Virus record (IMG/VR): IMGVR_UViG_3300007734_000679
Coordinates: 1 to 39,998 of that record
Direction: 5' to 3' (one strand)
Source of the DNA: a virus
Lineage: Duplodnaviria; Caudoviricetes
Length of the DNA: 39,998 bases
Positions 24,354-31,882 of the stretch are shown here, piece after piece. How positions within the stretch are numbered: the first letter of the stretch is position 1; each line of letters opens with the position of its first letter. The translations under genes were made by a program, and so were the position numbers. The notes beneath the pieces are model-generated. The model had not been told where the DNA came from and made no database searches. It saw only the letters and a program-made list of their open reading frames with translations.

Positions 24354-26072
24354 ATGAGTCAACACCCGAGCGACGCACAATCGTACGAAGGTGCCCCGCG
24401 GCGCGATCAGTTGTTCACGCGCTGGGGTCATTTGAAGACTGAGCGCGCTACGTGGTGGGCTCACTATCAGGAACTGACGACTTTTCTTCTGCCTCGCAAC
24501 GGTCGGTTCTTCCGACAGGATCGAGACAAGGGATGGCGTCGGCACAACAGCATCTACGACAACACGGGCACTCGATCGCTTCGCACGCTCGGCGCGGGCA
24601 TGATGGCGGGCGCAACGAGTCCTGCTCGTCCGTGGTTTCGCCTTGCGACGGGCGACCCTGATCTGAACAAGTATCAGCCTGTGAAGGTGTGGCTTGACGA
24701 TGTGACGAAGCGCATGCTGATGGTGTTTGCGAAGTCGAACACGTACCGAACGCTTCATCAGATGTACGAGGAACTCGGTTGTTTCGGCACTGCGGCTTCG
24801 ATCGTGCTGCCTGATCACAAGAACTTGATTCATCACTACCCTGTGGTGACGGGCGAATATTGCATCGCGCACGACTATCAGGGTAGAGTTTGCACGCTGT
24901 ACCGAGAGTTCGAGAAGACTGTCGGTGAGATTGTGAAGGAGTTCGGCTACGAGAACTGCTCGACTACGGTCAAGCACATGTACGACCGCGGCACGCTTGA
25001 CAAGTGGATCCCGATCATTCACGCGATTGAGCCGCGGGCTGATCGAGATATCAAGAAGCGCGACAGCAAGAACATGCCGTGGGGATCTTGGTACTTCGAG
25101 GTCGGCGGCGATTCAAACAAGTTCCTTCGCGAGTCGGGATACAAGCAGTTCCCTTGCGTTGTTCCGCGTTGGGCTGTTGCGGGTGGCGACATCTACGGAA
25201 ACAGTCCTGGGATGGAAGCACTGGGCGATGTCAAGCAGTTGCAGCACGAGCAATTGCGCAAGGCTCAGGTCATCGACTATCAAACGAAGCCGCCTCTGCA
25301 AGTGCCGACCGCGTACAAGAACCGCGACATCGACACACTTCCTGGGGGTATCACCTTTGTTGATGGCGCTACGGCGCCTATCCGCACTGCGTTCGATGTG
25401 AACTTGAACCTTGAGCACTTGCTGATGGACATTCAGGACTGCCGCGACCGTGTGCGCGGTGCGTTCTACGCTGACTTGTTCTTGCTGCTTGCGAATGCGA
25501 CTGATACTCGAATGACTGCGACTGAGGTTGCAGAGCGTCACGAGGAGAAGTTGCTGATGCTCGGCCCTGTCATTGAGCGCATTCACAACGAATTGCTTGA
25601 GCCGCTCGTGGACATCACCTTTCAACACATGATTGAGGCGGGCGTTCTGCCGCCTGCTCCTGAAGAGTTGCAGGGAATGGATCTGTCGATCGAGTTTGTG
25701 AGCATGTTGGCGCAGGCGCAGCGTGCGATTGGCACGAATGGCATTGATCGGTTCGTTGGTTCGATCGGTGCGGTCGCGCAGTTCAAGCCTGACGTGCTCG
25801 ACAAGTTCGATTCTGATCAGTGGGCTGACGCTTACAGCGACATGCTCGGAGTTGATCCGAACCTGATCATCGGCGGCAAGCAGGTTGCATTGATCCGTAC
25901 TGCGCGTGCCAACGCTCAGGCTGCTCAGGCTCAGTCTGCGGCGATGCAGCAGACTTCGCAGACGGTCAAGAATCTTGCGCAGGCTCCGACAGGAGCAGGG
26001 CAACCGAACGCTCTGTCCGACATTATGAATCAGTTCTCGGGTTACGGATCACCATCAGCAACGGAGATTTGA
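24354..26072 (+). CDS. Portal (head-tail connector), podovirus type
   Basis: 572 aa; IYDNTG...TSPARPWFRL, YGNSPGMEALGD.KQLQ, RMTATEVAERHEEKLLMLGPV motifs. Confidence 0.95.
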   Translation: MSQHPSDAQSYEGAPRRDQLFTRWGHLKTERATWWAHYQELTTFLLPRNGRFFRQDRDKGWRRHNSIYDNTGTRSLRTLGAGMMAGATSPARPWFRLATGDPDLNKYQPVKVWLDDVTKRMLMVFAKSNTYRTLHQMYEELGCFGTAASIVLPDHKNLIHHYPVVTGEYCIAHDYQGRVCTLYREFEKTVGEIVKEFGYENCSTTVKHMYDRGTLDKWIPIIHAIEPRADRDIKKRDSKNMPWGSWYFEVGGDSNKFLRESGYKQFPCVVPRWAVAGGDIYGNSPGMEALGDVKQLQHEQLRKAQVIDYQTKPPLQVPTAYKNRDIDTLPGGITFVDGATAPIRTAFDVNLNLEHLLMDIQDCRDRVRGAFYADLFLLLANATDTRMTATEVAERHEEKLLMLGPVIERIHNELLEPLVDITFQHMIEAGVLPPAPEELQGMDLSIEFVSMLAQAQRAIGTNGIDRFVGSIGAVAQFKPDVLDKFDSDQWADAYSDMLGVDPNLIIGGKQVALIRTARANAQAAQAQSAAMQQTSQTVKNLAQAPTGAGQPNALSDIMNQFSGYGSPSATEI

Positions 26073-26073
26073 A

Positions 26074-26502
26074 ATGTCAGTAGTTGCATCGAAATCACCT
26101 ATGGCTTCTCTGCTCTACGATTCCGACAAGGGCGACGCGGGTGCTGCGAGCGAGTTTATTGCGCGCTTGTTGAACGGTGCTACTGCGATTCACATGCATC
26201 ACTTGATGGTGACGGGCGCGGGATCGTTCGCGAAGCACACCGCGCTCGGCGTGTACGAAGGATTGACTGAGGCGGTCGATTCGCTTGCCGAGTCGTACAT
26301 TGGTTGCACGGGTACTCCGCTTGTGTTCAAGGGCGGAACCGTGACGATGAACCCCGATTGCGTTGCGGAGGTGCGTGCGCTGTACGAGTACATTGAGACT
26401 GCTCGCACCGCGATGGGCACCGAATCTCACATTCAGAATGAGGTGGACAACATCTCTTCTTTGTTGTCAAGCGCGCTGTACAAGTTGACCCGACTTTCCT
26501 AA
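26074..26502 (+). CDS. Ferritin/Dps-like four-helix protein (DUF5856-like)
   Basis: HMHHL...KHTAL..YEGL...DSLAESYIG...IQNEVDNI..LL...LYKL. Confidence 0.7.
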   Translation: MSVVASKSPMASLLYDSDKGDAGAASEFIARLLNGATAIHMHHLMVTGAGSFAKHTALGVYEGLTEAVDSLAESYIGCTGTPLVFKGGTVTMNPDCVAEVRALYEYIETARTAMGTESHIQNEVDNISSLLSSALYKLTRLS

Positions 26503-26512
26503 GGAACAAACG

Positions 26513-26761
26513 ATGGCACTCCCGACAGGCTTTACCGCGTCCGACACGATTAACAGTTACTCGTTTGCTGTTCCTATTACGGTTGCCACTTCTTTCACTT
26601 TGTGTAGGGCAATTTATGTCGGAGGAGCGGGCAACATCACAGCGGCAATGTCAAACGGCGACTCAGTTACGTTTACAGCCGTGCCTGTGGGAACACTTCT
26701 TCCGATCCGTGCAACTAACGTGTCCGCGGCAACTGCAACTTCAATGGTCGCCCTCTATTGA
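26513..26761 (+). CDS. Head spike base protein (Rcc01079-like), copy 1
   Basis: RAIYVGGAGNITA.M..GD.VTF..VPVGTLLPIR...V.......MVALY. Confidence 0.72.
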   Translation: MALPTGFTASDTINSYSFAVPITVATSFTLCRAIYVGGAGNITAAMSNGDSVTFTAVPVGTLLPIRATNVSAATATSMVALY

Positions 26762-26778
26762 GCAAATAGGAGCAAACG

Positions 26779-27030
26779 ATGGCGCTTCCTTCAGGTTTCA
26801 CGGTGTCCGACACAATGCTCAACTACTCGTTGTCTGCGCCTATTGCGTTGGACGTTGTCTTTCCCCTGTGCAGGGCAATTTGTGTCGGAGTAACTGGCGA
26901 CATTACTGCGGTCATGGCTAACAACGACAACGTAGTGTTTAAAGGCGTGCCCGTTGGCATTCTTCCGATCCGTGTAATTCAGTGTAAAACCACGCTTGGC
27001 GGCGCATCTTCAATGGTCGCCCTCTATTGA
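26779..27030 (+). CDS. Head spike base protein (Rcc01079-like), copy 2
   Basis: Paralog of the previous gene: MALP.GFT.SDT...YS...LCRAI.VG..G.ITA.M.N.D.V.F..VPVG.LPIR...SMVALY. Confidence 0.72.
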   Translation: MALPSGFTVSDTMLNYSLSAPIALDVVFPLCRAICVGVTGDITAVMANNDNVVFKGVPVGILPIRVIQCKTTLGGASSMVALY

Positions 27031-27039
27031 GCAAACAAC

Positions 27040-28392
27040 ATGAAATCATTTGCACAGAACAGCCCTTTCCTCGTTGACGAATCATCAAACAACATTGCGG
27101 GCGTTGTAAGTTCAACGGGCGTGCAACGGTTCTATCCGCTTGGGTTTCACTCGACGAGCCCTGTCTCCGTGACATTTCCGCTTGCGACGGGCGCCATCAC
27201 ATGGGAGGACAACTCGGGACTTGTGCGCGTCGTCTGCGCGAACGCGCACGGCCTCACCGCCGCAATCGCGGTCGGCAAGTCTTTGTTCTTGACATGGACG
27301 GGTGGAGGACAGGTTGCAAACGGATTTGCGGCGATCACGGCAATTGACACGGACACCTCGGGAACCAAGATTACGGTCAACCTCCCGTACAAGAGTTCCA
27401 CCGTGACAATTGGAACCGCGGGCAGCACCGTGACGTTCGGCGCCGACAACAAGGCCGTCGGTCAGGTCACGGCATCGCCGACATACGGCGCGCCGATGAC
27501 CGTCATCAAGGCTTCGCACGGGCTTGTTCCTGGGGATGCGATGCAGTTTACGGCGGGAACATCGTTCCCGTCCCCAATCACAAACACTCCGACGCCTACG
27601 ACCTACTACGTCAGCAGGGTAATTCAACATCTCACGGCAGGAACAGCGTCGGATCGGTTCACGATCTCGACGAGTGCAGGCGGCCCCGAGGTCTACCAGA
27701 CCACCGCGACGGGCAGCAACGGCACGGGCACGTTCACGATGTACCCCGTGTCCACGTCGTTGACTTGGACTGCGCACGGTCGATCGGTCGGCGATCAGAT
27801 CCGATTCACGACCGCAGGAACGCTTCCTGCCTCGCTTGCACTTGCCACGACCTACTACATCGTGAAGGTCGTCGATGCGAACACCGTGCAGATTTCCGCG
27901 ACAGCGGGAGGAACGCCGATCGTGTTTACGGACGCGGGATCGGGAGCGCACACCGCGACTCTGTACTACGGATCTGCGCTTGTGGTCGCATGCTGCGGAA
28001 CGGGCACGGTCACTTTGAGCAGCCTGACCATCCCCGCGGGCACGCTCACGCGCACTGGCAGGCTTGAGGCAAACTACCTCATGTCGTGCCAATCCAACGC
28101 AAACACCAAGACCGTGTCGCTGACATACGCGCTTGGTAACGCGTACTCGCAACCATTGACGAACACGGGATGCCTCGCGCTCAACAAGATTTTTGTGGCA
28201 AACGGCGCGACGCAGGTCGTCACCACAAACTCGGGCCTGACGGGACACGGATCGACCGCAAACGCAACGACGACCATCACGGGAGTGAACTACGCGACCG
28301 CGGACACGACGCTTGCGCTGACCGTGACGATGGCGGGAACCCTCGGGGACAACTTCGTCACCCTTGACTACTACGACGTGACCGTCGAATGA
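27040..28392 (+). CDS. Putative head fibre / spike protein with repeated HGL..GD beta modules
   Basis: Thr/Gly-rich; repeats HGLVPGDAMQFT...TTYYV...FTIS..AGG and HGRSVGDQIRFT...TTYYI...VQIS..AGG; follows the spike-base genes. Confidence 0.65.
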   Translation: MKSFAQNSPFLVDESSNNIAGVVSSTGVQRFYPLGFHSTSPVSVTFPLATGAITWEDNSGLVRVVCANAHGLTAAIAVGKSLFLTWTGGGQVANGFAAITAIDTDTSGTKITVNLPYKSSTVTIGTAGSTVTFGADNKAVGQVTASPTYGAPMTVIKASHGLVPGDAMQFTAGTSFPSPITNTPTPTTYYVSRVIQHLTAGTASDRFTISTSAGGPEVYQTTATGSNGTGTFTMYPVSTSLTWTAHGRSVGDQIRFTTAGTLPASLALATTYYIVKVVDANTVQISATAGGTPIVFTDAGSGAHTATLYYGSALVVACCGTGTVTLSSLTIPAGTLTRTGRLEANYLMSCQSNANTKTVSLTYALGNAYSQPLTNTGCLALNKIFVANGATQVVTTNSGLTGHGSTANATTTITGVNYATADTTLALTVTMAGTLGDNFVTLDYYDVTVE

Positions 28393-28718
28393 GCAACTAC
28401 GACCCTCTTGACCTCAAGGCGCAGGAACGCGGCAAGTCCGACAAGGACATGCAAGCGCGGCTGCATCGCGAGGCGGAGGAATCTGATGTCAGATGGCTGA
28501 TGGCAAACAAGAGAGGTCGCCGCATTGTGTGGCGACTCTTAGATCAAGCAGGCGTGTTCCGCTCAACCTTCAACACGAACTCCATGCAAATGGCGTTCGC
28601 CGAAGGGAACAGGAACTACGGGCTCCGACTGATGTCGATGGTGCACGCGCTCTGCTCAGAACAGTACCCCTTGATGATAAAGGAATCGATGAATGAACGA
28701 ACAAACAACGATGAGTGA
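28389..28718 (+). CDS. Bbp19-like head protein
   Basis: DVRWLM..KRGRRIVWRLL...GVFRSTF..N...MAFAEGNRNYGL. Confidence 0.85.
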   Translation: MSNYDPLDLKAQERGKSDKDMQARLHREAEESDVRWLMANKRGRRIVWRLLDQAGVFRSTFNTNSMQMAFAEGNRNYGLRLMSMVHALCSEQYPLMIKESMNERTNNDE

Positions 28719-29361
28719 CGCCGCGGCAACAACAAGCGGCAACCCATCTAGTCCAATGTCGGGCATCCCCGCAGCGACGGCTGAGGCGTTGTACGGCAAT
28801 CAGCAGAAGGGTTCAGGCGATCAGACGCAGGCGTCGGCAGATGCCGCACGTAATGCGGAGTCCGATGGCAACAAGACGGAGACGTCAAACAACGCTCCTG
28901 AGAAGTACGAGTTTAAAGCCCCTGAAGGGCGACAATTCGACGCCGAGGTGATTGGATCATTCTCGGAAGTTGCCAAGGAACTCAACCTATCGCAAGAATC
29001 TGCGCAGAAGGTGCTCGACCGCGTTGCGCCAAAGATGGTGGAACGTCAGGCTGCACAACTGGAGGCTCTCCGTTCTCAGTGGACGGAGTCGTCGCGGTCA
29101 GACAAGGAGTTCGGTGGTGACAAACTCAACGAAAACCTTGTAACCGCAAAGAGGGCGCTGGACTCGTTCGGCACCCCTGAATTGCGCACACTGCTTAACG
29201 AGTCAGGTCTTGGAAACCATCCCGAACTTGTTCGGTTCATGTTTCGAGCAGGACAGTCCATTTCAGAAGACCGCTTCGTCGGATCGTCAAACGGGTCAAC
29301 CCCATCAAAGGGTGCTCCGCGCGATTTCAATTCGCAGGCAGCGGCAATGTACAACACTTGA
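28693..29361 (+). CDS. Capsid scaffolding protein
   Basis: APEKYEFKAPEG, AKELNLSQE.AQK, DKEFGG, LNESGLGNHPELVRF...ISED; directly precedes the capsid gene. Confidence 0.85.
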   Translation: MNEQTTMSDAAATTSGNPSSPMSGIPAATAEALYGNQQKGSGDQTQASADAARNAESDGNKTETSNNAPEKYEFKAPEGRQFDAEVIGSFSEVAKELNLSQESAQKVLDRVAPKMVERQAAQLEALRSQWTESSRSDKEFGGDKLNENLVTAKRALDSFGTPELRTLLNESGLGNHPELVRFMFRAGQSISEDRFVGSSNGSTPSKGAPRDFNSQAAAMYNT

Positions 29362-29391
29362 TTTCACACCTAGCACAAGGATTTAAGGCAC

Positions 29392-30420
29392 ATGGCAACC
29401 GCACTTTCAACCAATAATCTGACGCTCGCCGATTGGGCGAAGCGCACCGATCCCGATGGTCGCATTCCGATCGTCGCCGAACTCCTCTCGCAGTCGAACG
29501 AGATCCTTGAGGACGCCGTCTTCAAGGAAGGCAACCTCCCGACGGGCGAGCGAGTCGTCATTCGCACGGGTCTTCCGACCGTGTACTGGCGCGCGCTCAA
29601 TCAGGGTATCCCGAGCAGCAAGAGCACGACCGCACAGGTCGATGAGGCTTGCGGCATCCTTGAAGCCCGTTCTGAGGTGGACAAGGATCTTGCGATGCTG
29701 AACGGCAACACCGCTCAGTTCCGCTTGTCCGAGGACACCGCGTTCCTTGAGGCAATGAATCAGACTCAAGCGAACACGCTGTTCTACGGCAACCCTGCCA
29801 CTGACGCAAAGCAGTTCCTTGGTCTTGCAACGCGCTACTCGGCGTTGACGGGCGCAGGCAACTCGCAGAACGTTCTCAGCGCAGGCGGTAGCACTGGTAC
29901 GTCGCAGACTTCGGTCTACCTCTGCGTGTGGGGCGACAACACCGTGTACTGCCCGTTCCCGAAGGGAAGCAAGGCAGGTCTGATTCACGAGGATCTCGGC
30001 GAGCAGACTGTGTACAACTCGGACGGCACTCGTCTTCAGGCGTACGCAACCCGATATCAGTGGAAGAACGGGCTTGTCGTCAAGGATTGGCGCTACGTCG
30101 TCCGTATCTGCAACATTGAGCCAAGCCTTCTGCTTGCTCAGTCGGGTGGACAGGCGTCCACCGCAAGCACCGCGCTCATCAAGTTGATGGCGCGCGCGCT
30201 CTACCGTGTTCCAAACATGAGCATGGGCAAGGCGTGTTTCTACATGAACCGCACAGTCCACAGCGGACTGAGCATCATGGCTCTCGACAAGAGCCAGTAC
30301 GTTCTCAAGGTCAACGAAGGTCTGTCGCAGTTCGGAATGCCATACTCGTGGCTATCGTTCCTTGGCGTGCCTCTCCGTCGCGTCGATGCCATCCTCAACA
30401 CTGAAGCAGTCGTTTCCTAA
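29392..30420 (+). CDS. Major capsid protein (BPP-1/epsilon15-like)
   Basis: TLADWAKRTDPDG, EGNLPTG....RTGLP...WR.LNQG, LEARSEVD, GL.VKDWRYVVRICNI, GVP.RRVDAILNTEA. Confidence 0.95.
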   Translation: MATALSTNNLTLADWAKRTDPDGRIPIVAELLSQSNEILEDAVFKEGNLPTGERVVIRTGLPTVYWRALNQGIPSSKSTTAQVDEACGILEARSEVDKDLAMLNGNTAQFRLSEDTAFLEAMNQTQANTLFYGNPATDAKQFLGLATRYSALTGAGNSQNVLSAGGSTGTSQTSVYLCVWGDNTVYCPFPKGSKAGLIHEDLGEQTVYNSDGTRLQAYATRYQWKNGLVVKDWRYVVRICNIEPSLLLAQSGGQASTASTALIKLMARALYRVPNMSMGKACFYMNRTVHSGLSIMALDKSQYVLKVNEGLSQFGMPYSWLSFLGVPLRRVDAILNTEAVVS

Positions 30421-30441
30421 ACGACGAAAGGGAATACACAA

Positions 30442-30948
30442 ATGATTTCTGACGCACTTCTTCGCCTTTCAGGCACCGCAACCGCAGGGCAGGCGCACAC
30501 AATTACCGCAAGCACAGCGTGGTACTCGACGAACGTCGTAGACCTTGCTGCTAACACCAACGTATCGGGTGGTACCACCACTTCGCAGAATCGCGACATC
30601 GGCGAAGGCGAGGATCTCTACGTTGTCCTCACCATCGGCACTTTGGCAAGTGGTGCGGCTGCTTCAGTGACGACTGCGGAAGTCACAATCTCGACAAGCG
30701 CAACCGACGGCTCGGGCACCATCACAGTGCTTGGGACAACCACGATTGCATTTGCTGGATTGTTTTCAGGGCAGCAGTTCGTAATGCGCATCAACCCGCA
30801 AATGGGATCTGTTGGCGCCCGATACCTCGGCGTTCGCTACACGAACAACGGAACGGCGTGGACGGGTTCGCCCACGATCTTTGCTGATGTTGTCACCGAC
30901 ATCGCCGACAGCAAGAAGTTCTACGGTTCGGGTTTCACGGTCACTTAA
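30442..30948 (+). CDS. Capsid cement / decoration protein (Bbp16-like)
   Basis: MI.D..L..S...Q......STNVVDL...RDIGEG..L...RYLG.RY; follows the capsid gene. Confidence 0.85.
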   Translation: MISDALLRLSGTATAGQAHTITASTAWYSTNVVDLAANTNVSGGTTTSQNRDIGEGEDLYVVLTIGTLASGAAASVTTAEVTISTSATDGSGTITVLGTTTIAFAGLFSGQQFVMRINPQMGSVGARYLGVRYTNNGTAWTGSPTIFADVVTDIADSKKFYGSGFTVT

Positions 30949-30966
30949 TCCAAGGAGGATCTCTCA

Positions 30967-31128
30967 ATGAAGGTACGCGCAACAGCCAAGTGCTATATCG
31001 GCAACACCATCCGCGAGGAAGGCGAAGTCTTTGAGTACAACGGCATTCCCGACACTGTTCTGCACGCCGTCGAGGAGGAATCCCCGAAGGCAAAGCGCAA
31101 GCGGGACAACGCTTCCGACGAAGAGTGA
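30967..31128 (+). CDS. Small head-associated protein (53 aa); missing from the ORF track
   Basis: AAGGAGG RBS; MKVRATAKCYIGNTIREEGEVFEYNG... Confidence 0.75.
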   Translation: MKVRATAKCYIGNTIREEGEVFEYNGIPDTVLHAVEEESPKAKRKRDNASDEE

Positions 31129-31149
31129 TCACATCTGAGGCAAATCAGG

Positions 31150-31181
31150 AGGGGGCGAGTCGTAACAACGGCTCGCCCCCT
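31150..31181 (+). terminator. Strong hairpin after the capsid module (attenuator or mRNA stabiliser)
   Basis: AGGGGGCGAGTCGT-AACA-ACGGCTCGCCCCCT; no U-tract. Confidence 0.55.
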
Positions 31182-31198
31182 GCTGCAATGGAGGAACA

Positions 31199-31879
31199 AT
31201 GGCATCCGAAGTTGATATCTGCAATCTTGCGCTCGCCTACCTTGGTGATACGGCATCGCTGTCGAGCATTGATCCTCCCGAAGGTTCGGCTCAAGCAGAC
31301 CATTGCCATCGGTTCTATCCGATTGCGCGGGACACGCTGCTTGAAATGCACCTTTGGAACTTCTCGACGCGACGAATTGCGATTGCGCTTGCCGCATACA
31401 ATTCATCGACATGGTCGTTTGCGTACCTTGTTCCGAGCGACGCGATCAATCTGATCGCCGTAATCCCGCCTGACGTGGCGGACGACTACTCGGTCAAGTT
31501 TGTACCAACCGACGCGCCCGTATACGCGCACAACTACAGCCCGATGATTCAGACGGGTCGATACATCCCGCAGCCATACGCGGTCGAGACTCAAGCGGAT
31601 GGATCTCAGGTTCTGTACACGAATCAAGAGAACGCTGTGCTGCGATACACGGCGCACGTGCTCGACACCAACCTGTTCAGCCCGCTCTTTACGATGACGT
31701 TGGCGTGGCACCTTGCGTCGATGCTTGCGGGGCCAATCATCAAGGGCGAAGCAGGCTCTGCGGAAGCAAAGCGTTGCCTTCAGATGATGATGACGTATCT
31801 GAAGGAAGCGCAGGAATCTGACTCACTGCAAAGAAACATCAAGCCCGAGCATGTTGTTCCTTGGACTTCGGGGCGATAA
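31199..31879 (+). CDS. Tail adaptor (tail tubular protein A-like)
   Basis: MAS.VDICNLAL..LG...RFYP.ARD.LLE.H.W.F...W.FAY..PSD...F.PLF...LAW.LA. Confidence 0.9.
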   Translation: MASEVDICNLALAYLGDTASLSSIDPPEGSAQADHCHRFYPIARDTLLEMHLWNFSTRRIAIALAAYNSSTWSFAYLVPSDAINLIAVIPPDVADDYSVKFVPTDAPVYAHNYSPMIQTGRYIPQPYAVETQADGSQVLYTNQENAVLRYTAHVLDTNLFSPLFTMTLAWHLASMLAGPIIKGEAGSAEAKRCLQMMMTYLKEAQESDSLQRNIKPEHVVPWTSGR

Positions 31880-31882
31880 ATC

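Noticed and set aside
3467-30261. Long minus-strand ORFs (e.g. 3467-4507, 14713-15978, 24033-25022, 27112-28248, 29407-30261)
   Set aside because: They are antisense shadows of well-supported plus-strand genes in GC-rich DNA and show no recognisable motifs.
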